From assembly GCA_029212845.1 (NCBI GenBank), contig JARGPD010000003.1, forward strand, positions 3,417 through 67,416: a stretch of DNA of 64,000 nt, written 5' to 3'. This stretch comes from Planctomycetota bacterium (GTDB taxonomy: Bacteria; Planctomycetota; UBA1135; GCA-002686595). Made by a program: the position numbers and the translations under genes. This document shows, piece by piece, positions 6,925 through 15,425 of this stretch; positions within the stretch are counted from its first letter, which is position 1, and each line of letters opens with the position of its first letter. The notes beneath the pieces were generated by a model that saw nothing but the letters and a program-made list of their open reading frames with translations, did no database searches and was not told the origin of the DNA.

Positions 6925-9740
6925 CAATCGACGATCTCCCGGCCGGCGACCCAGGTGCGCTGCACGCGGGCGTTGCCATCGAGCGGGCTGCCGTCCAGCA
7001 AGAGCACGTCGGCGTCGAGGCCCATGGCTAGGCGGCCGACGCGGTCGTCGATGTCGAGCATGTCGGCCGAGTCCGCGGTCAGGGCCCGCAGGGCACCGGC
7101 CGGGCTCATGCCCTCGACCATCGCGAAGGAGGCCAGGAGCAGCAGGTCCGCCGCGCCCTCCTCGGCCGCGCTGTAGAAGGCCACCGGAATCCCGGCTGCC
7201 TGCAGCTCGGCGAAGCGGTTGACGCTCTCGAGGCCGCTCGTCGAGCGGGTCGGCCAGCGGTCGGGCAGGATGCCCGCGATGCGGCCGGAGATCTGATCCT
7301 TCACGCGCCAAGCATCCTCGGCGCCCAAGAGCACCGGCTTGATGCCCACGGCCTCGAAGGCCGCGACGCAGTCGAGGATCTCATCGTCCCGGCTGGCCTG
7401 GACGATCACGGCGACCTCGCCCATCAGGGCGCGGCGCAGGGGCTCGAGGTTCGGGTCCAGGTTCGGCTCCTTGGGCATGCCCTTGGGGTCCTTCGGGTCC
7501 GGCTCGGGCTTGCGCACCTCGGGGCGGCTGGCGATGACGTACTCGCGGCTGGTCCGCTCGGCTTCGAACTCGAAGCTGGCACCACGCCACTCGATCTTGC
7601 CTTCGAGCTTCTCGTCGTCGAGCTCGCCGGTCACCACCAGCCCGACGTCACCCTTGACGCCGTGCACGGAGAGCTTGCCCTTCTTGTGGTCGAAGGTGCC
7701 CTCGAAGCGCATCAGGCGATCGGCGACGGCGGAGGCGCGCAGGGAGCCGCGCACCTCGGTGGTGCCCTCGGACGGACCGTCCGAGAACTGGAAGCGGGCC
7801 TTGCCCCAGTCGGAGGTCGACTCCCACACGCCGGTCAGCGGGTCGAGGTCCTTCTCCTTCTTCTTCTTCTTGCCGTCGTCCTCTTCGGACTCCTCGGCGT
7901 CCTCGGCCTTGTCCTCGTCCTTCCCCTCTTCGGCCTTCTCGACCTTCGGGGCGGGCGGGGTCCACTCGGCCATGGCGGCCTCGTACTCCTCCCAGGACTC
8001 CTTGTACTTGACCGCCTTCTCGAGCATCGAGGTCACGTTGGAGCCGATGCGGTAGCGGTCCGAGCTGCTCCAGATCATGCGGACGGCGGCATCGTCCTCG
8101 ACGACCATCGACTCGTAGTCGGCGCCGGCCGGCTTGTAGGCCAGCAGCGACGTCGCGCCACCACCGATCGAGTAGGGCGAGAGCATCACGGTCGTGACGC
8201 CCGCCTTGGCGATGCGGCGGCCGTCGGCGTCGTCGGGGGTCAGCACACGGGTCATCGAGAAGCCCGCCGGCGCCACCTTGCGGGAGCCGTCCATGCCGAA
8301 GTGACCGAGCGCGTCGATGATCCCGGGCATCGCGGCCTCGCCGCGGATCACGGTGGCACCCTTGGGGTGCGCGACGCGCTCGCCGACCTCGAGGATGCGG
8401 CCATCCTTCATCAGCAGCTGGCCGGGTCGCAGGACCTGGCCGTCGCCGACGAAGAGTTCTTCAACCTCGAGCACGACCACGCCCTCGGACTTGCCGAGGA
8501 AGCCCAGCTCGCCGTCAACCCAGGTGGCCCGCACGGAGCTGCCCAGGGTCATCGGCTCGCCGGAGAGGACCACGAAGTCGGCGTCCTTGCCACTGGCGAG
8601 GCTGCCCACCCGGCCGGCGGCCCCGATCAAGACGGCGGCGTCGGAGGTCACGGCGGCCAGGGCCGCCTGGGGCGAGAGGCCGCCCTGGGTGCAGAGGGTC
8701 GCGAGGGCCAGGAGGTTGGCCGGGTTGGTGTTGCTGCTCGGCGCGATGGCGAAGCGCACACCGGCCTTGGCGAGGGCAGCGGGCACGTCGAGGGTCGGCC
8801 ATTCGGCGTCCTCACCCTTGCCCCAGTTCGTCGCGGTGCCCAGGCGCTGGCGCGGCTGGAAGACCACGCCCACGTTGGCGGCAGCCAGGACGTCGGCCAC
8901 GTCCGCGGCACTATGGGCGCCGTCGACAACCACGGTCTGACCGTTCGCCGTGGCGAAGTTGGCAACGGCGCGCAGCTCCGACGCCGAGCCAGCGGTCAGG
9001 CGCCACGTGGCGCCCGCCTCGAGGGCCTTGGCCAGGTCCGCGGCGGCGTAGGGTCCGAAGTCCTCGTCCACCTCGGCGCCCGTGCTCGCGAGGAGCAGCT
9101 GGTCCAGGGCGCTGACGGCACCCTGCAGGCTGTGCGGCAGCTGGGGCATCTCGACGCCCATGCCGACGTCGACCGTGGCCGGGACCGGGGGCTCCCAGAA
9201 TCCCTGGGTGCGGTAGGCGTCGGAGGCGACCGAGCCGTCGACCGCCGCCATGGCGGAGACGATCGCGCGCTCCTTGGCACCACCGAGCTTGACCACACCA
9301 CCGAGGCCACCGAGCAGGCGCCCGCCGGCAGGGTCGATGTAGGCGCTCGTGACGCCGCTGGCGAGCATCGCCCGGCGATCGGCGAACAGGTCGAAGTTGT
9401 CGACGGCGGACAGGGCTGCGTCCGCGGTGCGGGGACCGGGCATGCCTCGGCCGAAGCCCGATTCGGCGACCACGAGGCCGGGGATCAGGTGTGCGTCTGG
9501 GCCGTAGTCGACGACCTGGGCGCCACTCGGGACGTCAAGGTCTGCGCCCACGGCAAGGATGCGGCCGTCCTGGACGACGATCGAGCCGTTCGTGATCGTG
9601 CCTGCGGCATCCATCGTGTGGATGTGGCCAGCGCGGATCACGACGGTGTCGCCACCGGCGGCTGCGAGGGGACTCGCAGACCAGGCGACCGTGCCAATGA
9701 GGGCGAGGCCGACTGCGGAGAGGGTGATGTGCTTGTTCAA
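6924..9740 (-). CDS. 938-aa secreted double amidohydrolase-fold protein; both modules lack HxH; the central region has a charged insertion and a small beta-rich domain
   Basis: Signal peptide MNKHITLSAVGLALIGTVAWSASPLAAAGG. Module 1 (about aa 1-415) has PGLVVAESGFGRG and GSLASGKDADFVVL. Module 2 (about aa 420-938) has PGIIDALGHFGMDG and GRLAMGLDADVLLL. The insertion spans about aa 575-765. Confidence 0.85.
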   Translation of the reverse strand: MNKHITLSAVGLALIGTVAWSASPLAAAGGDTVVIRAGHIHTMDAAGTITNGSIVVQDGRILAVGADLDVPSGAQVVDYGPDAHLIPGLVVAESGFGRGMPGPRTADAALSAVDNFDLFADRRAMLASGVTSAYIDPAGGRLLGGLGGVVKLGGAKERAIVSAMAAVDGSVASDAYRTQGFWEPPVPATVDVGMGVEMPQLPHSLQGAVSALDQLLLASTGAEVDEDFGPYAAADLAKALEAGATWRLTAGSASELRAVANFATANGQTVVVDGAHSAADVADVLAAANVGVVFQPRQRLGTATNWGKGEDAEWPTLDVPAALAKAGVRFAIAPSSNTNPANLLALATLCTQGGLSPQAALAAVTSDAAVLIGAAGRVGSLASGKDADFVVLSGEPMTLGSSVRATWVDGELGFLGKSEGVVVLEVEELFVGDGQVLRPGQLLMKDGRILEVGERVAHPKGATVIRGEAAMPGIIDALGHFGMDGSRKVAPAGFSMTRVLTPDDADGRRIAKAGVTTVMLSPYSIGGGATSLLAYKPAGADYESMVVEDDAAVRMIWSSSDRYRIGSNVTSMLEKAVKYKESWEEYEAAMAEWTPPAPKVEKAEEGKDEDKAEDAEESEEDDGKKKKKEKDLDPLTGVWESTSDWGKARFQFSDGPSEGTTEVRGSLRASAVADRLMRFEGTFDHKKGKLSVHGVKGDVGLVVTGELDDEKLEGKIEWRGASFEFEAERTSREYVIASRPEVRKPEPDPKDPKGMPKEPNLDPNLEPLRRALMGEVAVIVQASRDDEILDCVAAFEAVGIKPVLLGAEDAWRVKDQISGRIAGILPDRWPTRSTSGLESVNRFAELQAAGIPVAFYSAAEEGAADLLLLASFAMVEGMSPAGALRALTADSADMLDIDDRVGRLAMGLDADVLLLDGSPLDGNARVQRTWVAGREIVD

Positions 9741-9762
9741 GTGGGGTGCCTCCGAAAGGGGC

Positions 9763-11178
9763 TTACTTGGCGTCGTCCTTGCTCGGAAGCTCGGCCTCTT
9801 CGGTCTCTACCGCGGCGGCGCCGCGGGGCTCGACACCCTCGTACAGGTGCTTGTTGCGCACGTCCTTGGTGCGGTCGTAGATGACGCTACCCTCGACGAC
9901 GGCTTGCTCGACGAAGGAGGTCATGTCGAGCGGGTCGCCGGTCAGGAGCAGCACGTTGGCCAGCTTGCCGACCTCGAGGCTGCCGACCTGGTCACCGAGG
10001 CCGATGATCTCGGCGGCGGTGGTCGTCACGGCTGCCATCGCGTCCTTCGGGCTCATGCCGTGGCCGACACAGACGGCGGCCTGGAACCAGAGCGAGTTGG
10101 TCGAGCTGTTGGCCGAGCTCAGCGCGAAGGGGATGCCCTTCTCGGCGAAGACGCCGGGCACGAAGGTCTCGGTCTCCTCCTCGGTGACCACGTCGGTCTC
10201 GACGTGGACGAGGTTGGAGTCGAGCACGACCGACAGGCCCGACGCGGCGATGGCGTCGGCGGCCTTCCAGCAGCTGTTGTCCAGCACGAGGGTCGTGCGC
10301 GCCGTCAGACCGTTCTTCGCGGCGAAGTCGATCGCGGGCTGCACGTCCATCGGGGCGCCGCAGTAGAGGAAGACGTCGTGACGCCCCTCGACCATCTCGA
10401 GCAGCGGCAGGATCTTCTCGTCGATCTCGGCACGGTCGACGTTCTCGAGGCCTTCGACCTTCCAGCCGGTGCCCGTCATGGCGCGGCCGGGGGCCTTGCC
10501 CTCTTCCAGGTCGCGGCCCTGGGCGAGGGCCTCGCGGCGCTCGTAGTCCTTGGTCTCTTGGGCGTCGGTGGCCAGCTCTTCGAGCTCCGAGCGCAGGTCG
10601 CCGAAGGCGCGCTCCAGGGCCTGACGCTGGGTCGCGCGCGACTTGCCACCCTTGGGCGCGATCGAGATCTTGAACCCGTAGTTCGGGCGCATGGTCATCT
10701 CTTCGACGGTCATGCCGGTCGGCTTGACGATGCGACCGTTGCCGGCCACGACCGTGTTGTTGCCCTGCTGCACGTTGATGGTCGTGATGCCCCAGCGCTT
10801 GCAGTCCTCGAAGTAGAAGCTGACCGGATCGATCGAGTCGCGCACGTTCAGGAACGGCGTCACGTCGAGGTTCTCGTTCGAGCGGTCCATGCCGCTGTCC
10901 GAGTGGGCCTCGACGAAGCCGGGCGAGGCGACGAAGTCCGGGCCGCCCAGCACGGGCGCGTCCCAGGGCTTCTCGACGTCGGCGGCGGCGCCGATCGCGG
11001 TGATGCGACCGTTCTCGATGACGATGACGCCGTCCACGATGTCATCGCCCGCTTGGGTGATGATGCGGCCGGCCTCGATCACCAGCTTGTCGCCAGCGGC
11101 GGCGTCCGCCACTTGCAAGGATCCGAGGAGGAGCGAGGCGCAAAGGGCGCCTTGGACGAGGGTCCGGGGGATGGTCAT
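9763..11178 (-). CDS. Secreted amidohydrolase-fold protein, HxH degenerate (PGFVEAHSDSGMD)
   Basis: Signal peptide MTIPRTLVQGALCASLLLGSLQVADA. Motif GSLEVGKLANVLLL. Acidic C-terminal tail. Confidence 0.85.
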   Translation of the reverse strand: MTIPRTLVQGALCASLLLGSLQVADAAAGDKLVIEAGRIITQAGDDIVDGVIVIENGRITAIGAAADVEKPWDAPVLGGPDFVASPGFVEAHSDSGMDRSNENLDVTPFLNVRDSIDPVSFYFEDCKRWGITTINVQQGNNTVVAGNGRIVKPTGMTVEEMTMRPNYGFKISIAPKGGKSRATQRQALERAFGDLRSELEELATDAQETKDYERREALAQGRDLEEGKAPGRAMTGTGWKVEGLENVDRAEIDEKILPLLEMVEGRHDVFLYCGAPMDVQPAIDFAAKNGLTARTTLVLDNSCWKAADAIAASGLSVVLDSNLVHVETDVVTEEETETFVPGVFAEKGIPFALSSANSSTNSLWFQAAVCVGHGMSPKDAMAAVTTTAAEIIGLGDQVGSLEVGKLANVLLLTGDPLDMTSFVEQAVVEGSVIYDRTKDVRNKHLYEGVEPRGAAAVETEEAELPSKDDAK

Positions 11179-11240
11179 GATCCGTCGGGGAATGGGGGCT
11201 TGTTGGATGTTCGGTTGGGGCGGCGCTTTGCAGCAGGCCG

Positions 11241-12509
11241 CTAGTTCGAGCTGGTGAAGACGACCTCGCCGTTCAGCACGACGCCGACGACGCGGGAGGT
11301 CGCGGCGAAGGGCTCGCCGCTCCAGAGGATCAGGTCAGCGTCCTTGCCGACCTCGATGCTGCCCACGCGGTCGTCGACTCCAGCGAGGCGGGCAGGGGTG
11401 ATGGTCACGGCCGCGATGGCCTCGTCGCGGGTCAACCCGCCACGCATGGCGTAGCCGGCCTGGGCGCCGAGTTGTCCGGTCACGCTGCTCTGCCCGTGGC
11501 TCGAGAGGGCCACCGGAACGCCCAGGTCGACCAGGGTCTTGGCCGTGTTCCAGGCCAAGAAGCCGTTGTCGATCGCCGTGCGCCCCTGGGGCGCGTGGGG
11601 CGGCAGCACCGCAGCGGTGCCGGAGCGCACGAGCAGGCCGGGCTCTTTCCACGCCTCGGCAGCGGCGTCCACGACGAGCAGCGGCAGGCCGACCTCTTCC
11701 TTGAGGTAGATCGCCGTGCGGATGTCCTGGGTGGCCGAAGCCTGGACGAAGTAGGGACGCTCGCCCTCGAGCACCGAGGCCAGGATCTCCCAGCCTTCGA
11801 ACTGGCGCTCCTCGTTCTTCATCGCCGCGAGGGCGTCGTAGAAGCTCTTGCGGTGGACCCACTCGGTGCCCATGCGGGTCGTGGGACGGCGCGAGAAGTG
11901 ATCGGTCGGGCGGCCGTAGACGGGGTGGTTGCCGCGGCTCGCGTGGGAGCCGAAGGCGCCGCGCAGGGCCACGTCGGCCTCGACGAGGCGGTCCTCGATC
12001 GAGGGCTCGCCGCCGGTCTTGAGGACCGCCATCATGCCGCCGATGCAGGCCTCGTCGGCCGGGGTGTACATCACCGAGGTGACTCCGGTGCGCAGGAGCC
12101 GCTCCCAGCGCTTGTCGAACAGGTCGATGCCGTCCGTCGTGCTCAGGTACGGGATCGTCTCGGAGGACTCCTCGACCGACAGGTCGGCGAGGTGGATCCG
12201 GGGGCTGAGGTCGACCATGCCGGGCGTGATCGCGCCGACGTGGAGGCCCTCGTGGTCGCCCGAGGCGCCCGGCACGACGGCCGCGATCTTGGAGCCCGCG
12301 ATGGCGATCGTGCCGCCGTCGATGACGTCACCGGCAGCGGTGTAGATCTTGTCGGCCGACAGCAGCAGCTTGACGACCGGGGCGGAGGCCTCGACCGGCT
12401 CGGCGGTCTCGACCACCTCCCAGGTGATCTCGCCCGCGTTCGCGGTCAGGGACAGGGCGCCGAAGAGCAGCGGGGCGCCGAGCTGGAACAGGGTTCGGTC
12501 GGACATCAC
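11241..12509 (-). CDS. Secreted amidohydrolase-fold protein, HxH degenerate (PGMVDLSPRIHLAD)
   Basis: Signal-peptide-like N-terminus. Motif GSIEVGKDADLILW. ATGA overlap with the upstream gene. Confidence 0.8.
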   Translation of the reverse strand: MMSDRTLFQLGAPLLFGALSLTANAGEITWEVVETAEPVEASAPVVKLLLSADKIYTAAGDVIDGGTIAIAGSKIAAVVPGASGDHEGLHVGAITPGMVDLSPRIHLADLSVEESSETIPYLSTTDGIDLFDKRWERLLRTGVTSVMYTPADEACIGGMMAVLKTGGEPSIEDRLVEADVALRGAFGSHASRGNHPVYGRPTDHFSRRPTTRMGTEWVHRKSFYDALAAMKNEERQFEGWEILASVLEGERPYFVQASATQDIRTAIYLKEEVGLPLLVVDAAAEAWKEPGLLVRSGTAAVLPPHAPQGRTAIDNGFLAWNTAKTLVDLGVPVALSSHGQSSVTGQLGAQAGYAMRGGLTRDEAIAAVTITPARLAGVDDRVGSIEVGKDADLILWSGEPFAATSRVVGVVLNGEVVFTSSN

Positions 12510-13672
12510 TTGGCGTCTCCTTCGGTCGCTTCGACCTGGGCGCCGTCCACGTAGACGGCCTCGAGGGTGGTGGTGAGCTCGAGCGGGTCACCGCTCCAGA
12601 GGACCAGGTCGGCGTCCAAGCCAGCGGCCACGCGGCCGACTCGGCCGGACACGCCCAGCATCGCCGCCGGGCTGGCGGTCAGGGAGTTCCAGAGGGCGCC
12701 TCGGTCGATGCCTTCGCGGGCGGCGAGGGCCGCGCCGAAGCGCAGGCAGTCCGCGCCACTACCGGTGTCGGCCAGTCCGAAGGCGAAGGGCACGCCGGCC
12801 TCGACCAGCGCGGTGATCGACTCGTAGCGCCAGGGCGAAGTGCCCATGCCGAGCGGGCTGAGGGCGACCGCGTGGCCGGCCTCGGCGAGCTCGGGGGCGA
12901 AGTCCCCGGCGCGGTCCGCACCGCGCAGGGTGGCCTTGAGGCCGGTCCGCTTGAGCAGGTCGAGCGCGCGGCGGATCTCGTGGCGCGCCGAGACGGCAAC
13001 CTCGAGGCCGAGCTCGCCCGCCACGACCTTGCCGAAGGCGCCTTGGCCCTCGGTGAAGCGCGCCTCGACCGCGTGGACCGCGCCGGCGTAGCTGGTCGGG
13101 AAGCGGTTGCCGCGCAGGGCCGGCGGTGCCAGGCACAGGGCCAGGTGGGAGCTCTCGTTCAGCATCGTGCCGCCGCTCGTCTTGACGACCGCGCCGGTGC
13201 CGCCGGCCACGTTGCCGCGGCCGGAGGTCAGCCCGAAGCTGGTCACGCCAGCGCCGGTGGCCTTGGCCAGGCTCGAGTCGTCGGGGTCGAAGCCGTCGCG
13301 CAGCTCCAGGTCGCCCAGGAAGGCGCGCGTCGAGTCGTCGGCACCGGAGACCATGCCATAGGTGCCGTTGGCGGCCACGATGCCAGCCGTCAGCCAGCCC
13401 TCGTGTTCGATCACCCGGATCGTGTCGGCGAGGGTGCCCTGCAAGTCGGCCGCGGGGCCGACTGCGAGGATCTTGCCGCCATCCACGAGCACGAGGCCGT
13501 TCTCGATCACCGTGCCGCCGTCGACGGCCACGTGATCGGCGATCAGGGCGAAGGCCTCGGCCGAGGGGGTCTCGGCGGCCGCCGGAGCGGCCAGGAGCAG
13601 GGCACCCGCGAGGGCGCTGGTCAGGGTGGAGATGCCCATGGGAAGCTTGGTTCGGTTCTTGGTGTTCCTCAC
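12506..13672 (-). CDS. Secreted amidohydrolase-fold protein, HxH lost (AGIVAANGTYGMV)
   Basis: GTG start at 13670-13672 overlapping the upstream stop (GTGA). An alternative start is the internal MGISTLTSALAGALLLAAPAAA. Motif GRVAAGLDADLVLW. Confidence 0.75.
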   Translation of the reverse strand: MRNTKNRTKLPMGISTLTSALAGALLLAAPAAAETPSAEAFALIADHVAVDGGTVIENGLVLVDGGKILAVGPAADLQGTLADTIRVIEHEGWLTAGIVAANGTYGMVSGADDSTRAFLGDLELRDGFDPDDSSLAKATGAGVTSFGLTSGRGNVAGGTGAVVKTSGGTMLNESSHLALCLAPPALRGNRFPTSYAGAVHAVEARFTEGQGAFGKVVAGELGLEVAVSARHEIRRALDLLKRTGLKATLRGADRAGDFAPELAEAGHAVALSPLGMGTSPWRYESITALVEAGVPFAFGLADTGSGADCLRFGAALAAREGIDRGALWNSLTASPAAMLGVSGRVGRVAAGLDADLVLWSGDPLELTTTLEAVYVDGAQVEATEGDAK

Positions 13673-15093
13673 AGCTCGACGACCTCGCCAGCGGTGAAGA
13701 CGTGGGTCGGGCGGCCCTGCAGGGGGGCGCCGTCGAGGACGAGCAGCTCGGCGACCTTGCCGACCTCGACGCTGCCGAAGCGGTCGGCGAGGTCGAAGGT
13801 CCGGGCGGCGCCAAGGGTCAGGGCTTCGAAGGCTGCCTCGCGCTCGAGGCCGCCGGCGATCGCCAGGTGCGCCAGGATCGGGAGGTCCGCCGCGCGGTCG
13901 CCGCCGGTCCCGATGAGGACCTCGACGCCAGCCTCGGCCAGGGTGCCGAAGAGGCTGTTGTCGAAGCCGCTGCGCTCGCCGTTGGCGCGGGCGCCGGGAG
14001 CGAGGGGCTGCAGCAGGACGGCGATGTCGCGCTCGGCCAGCTGCTTGGCGAAGGGCGCGGCGCCGGTCGCGCCGCTGATCACGAGGCGCAGGCGACCGAA
14101 CCCTTCGGTCGCGGCGAGCAGGGCACGCAGCTCGGCGGCGCCATGGGCTTCGACGACGAGCGGCAGCTCACCGTGGGCGACGCGGGCGAAGACCTCGCTG
14201 TCGGCGTCGTAGCGCGGCGTCCGGGGGCGCTTGTCTTCCTTATATCGCTCCTCCTTGAACTCCTTGTCCTTCTCCTCCGCCTTCTCGATCTCCTTCTCGC
14301 GGTCCTTCTTCGCCTTCTTGAAGTCCTTCTCGAGCTCAGCCTCCTTCTCGGCGATGGCCGCCTCCCACTCCTTGAGCTCGTAGGCGTACTCGACCTGGGC
14401 CTCGCGGTAGGAGAGGCCACCGGAGATCATCGAGCCGATGCGGTCGGCCTCCATCACGCGATCGAAGACGTCCCCGCGGCCACCGCGGGACACGCCACAG
14501 GTCACGTTGAGGTTGGCGTCGTCGAGCACCACCAGGTGCTCAGCGGAGGCGGACGGGCGCAGGATCGCGCCGAGGCCACCGACGAACGCGTTCTGACCGA
14601 CCTGGGTGCGGGTCATCAAAACCCCGGCCTCCCGGGCCCACTGCCGCGCGTACTTCTCGCCGAAGGGGCTGGCCGCCTTGGCCGTGGCCGTCGAGGCCTC
14701 GGTCCCGAGGTCGCTCGCGCTGGCGGAGTCGATGCCCAGGGTCGACCAGGGGTCGATGAAGCCGGCGCAGACCTCCTTACCCTCGACGATGATCGTGTCC
14801 TCGTCGACCTCGAGGCCCTGGCCGACGGCGACGATGAAGCCGCCACGGATGAGCACCTCGGCGTTCTCGAGGACCTCACCGGGACGCACGTGGACGCGCT
14901 CGGCGCGCAGCAGCGTGGCGGGCTCGGCAGGGGCGACGACCTCGACCGGCTCCTCCTCGACGGGTTCCTCGGGGGCGGGGGTCTCCTCAGGGGTCTCGAC
15001 GGGCGCAGGCGCCGGGTCGTCGGTGAGGGCCCAGAGGGGCGCTCCCACCGCCAGGAGGAGAGTAAGGCTTCGGGTTAGGCTTGTCGGCAACAT
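13669..15093 (-). CDS. First gene of the array: secreted amidohydrolase-fold protein, HxH lost (AGFIDPWSTLGID), with a Pro/Glu linker and a Lys/Glu-rich insertion
   Basis: Signal peptide MLPTSLTRSLTLLLAVGAPLWA followed by a PAPAPVETPEETPAPEEPVEEEP linker. Insertion KEWEAAIAEKEAELEKDFKKAKKDREKEIEKAEEKDKEFKEERYKEDK. Motif GSVEVGKVAELLVL. Confidence 0.8.
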   Translation of the reverse strand: MLPTSLTRSLTLLLAVGAPLWALTDDPAPAPVETPEETPAPEEPVEEEPVEVVAPAEPATLLRAERVHVRPGEVLENAEVLIRGGFIVAVGQGLEVDEDTIIVEGKEVCAGFIDPWSTLGIDSASASDLGTEASTATAKAASPFGEKYARQWAREAGVLMTRTQVGQNAFVGGLGAILRPSASAEHLVVLDDANLNVTCGVSRGGRGDVFDRVMEADRIGSMISGGLSYREAQVEYAYELKEWEAAIAEKEAELEKDFKKAKKDREKEIEKAEEKDKEFKEERYKEDKRPRTPRYDADSEVFARVAHGELPLVVEAHGAAELRALLAATEGFGRLRLVISGATGAAPFAKQLAERDIAVLLQPLAPGARANGERSGFDNSLFGTLAEAGVEVLIGTGGDRAADLPILAHLAIAGGLEREAAFEALTLGAARTFDLADRFGSVEVGKVAELLVLDGAPLQGRPTHVFTAGEVVEL

Positions 15094-15425
15094 GAAGAAG
15101 AGGCGGGGTCGAGGTGGGCGCTGGAGTTTCGCCAGCGACCGAACGCCATTTTTCGAAGGGGTTTCCGAGGGTCGCGATCGCGGGAAGATCGAACGCCCGC
15201 GTTACCGCAAGGGCGTAGATGTGCTGATCCTAGGACAGGTTGCCAACTTCCGACATCCCTCCAAAGGGCCCGCTGCACTTCCTTTGCAATTGGAAGCCGG
15301 GCTCCTCACGAGGCCCTAGGGGAGGGCGAGACGACCGCCGGCCCGCCCTCGTCGACGCGCTAGCCCCAACTCCGGAGGGGAAACACCGATTCCGGACGTT
15401 CGGTCCCTGCCTCGATCCGGCTCGC
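15094..15425. promoter_or_regulatory. Divergent intergenic region; presumed promoter and 5' leader of the amidohydrolase array
   Basis: About 330 bp without convincing coding signal, visibly less GC-rich. It lies between the minus-strand array start (15093) and plus-strand genes. It contains small palindromes cgctgg-N7-ccagcg (15119-15137) and cgcgatcgcg (15173-15182). I could not identify a confident -35/-10 pair. Confidence 0.3.

Noticed and set aside
7840-7960. Repetitive cttcttcttctt and cctcggc DNA, considered as a tandem repeat or CRISPR-like feature.
   Set aside because: It is in frame inside the 938-aa gene and encodes the KKKKKEK / EDAEESEEDD low-complexity segment. There is no spacer-repeat periodicity. 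No CRISPR array was found anywhere in the window.
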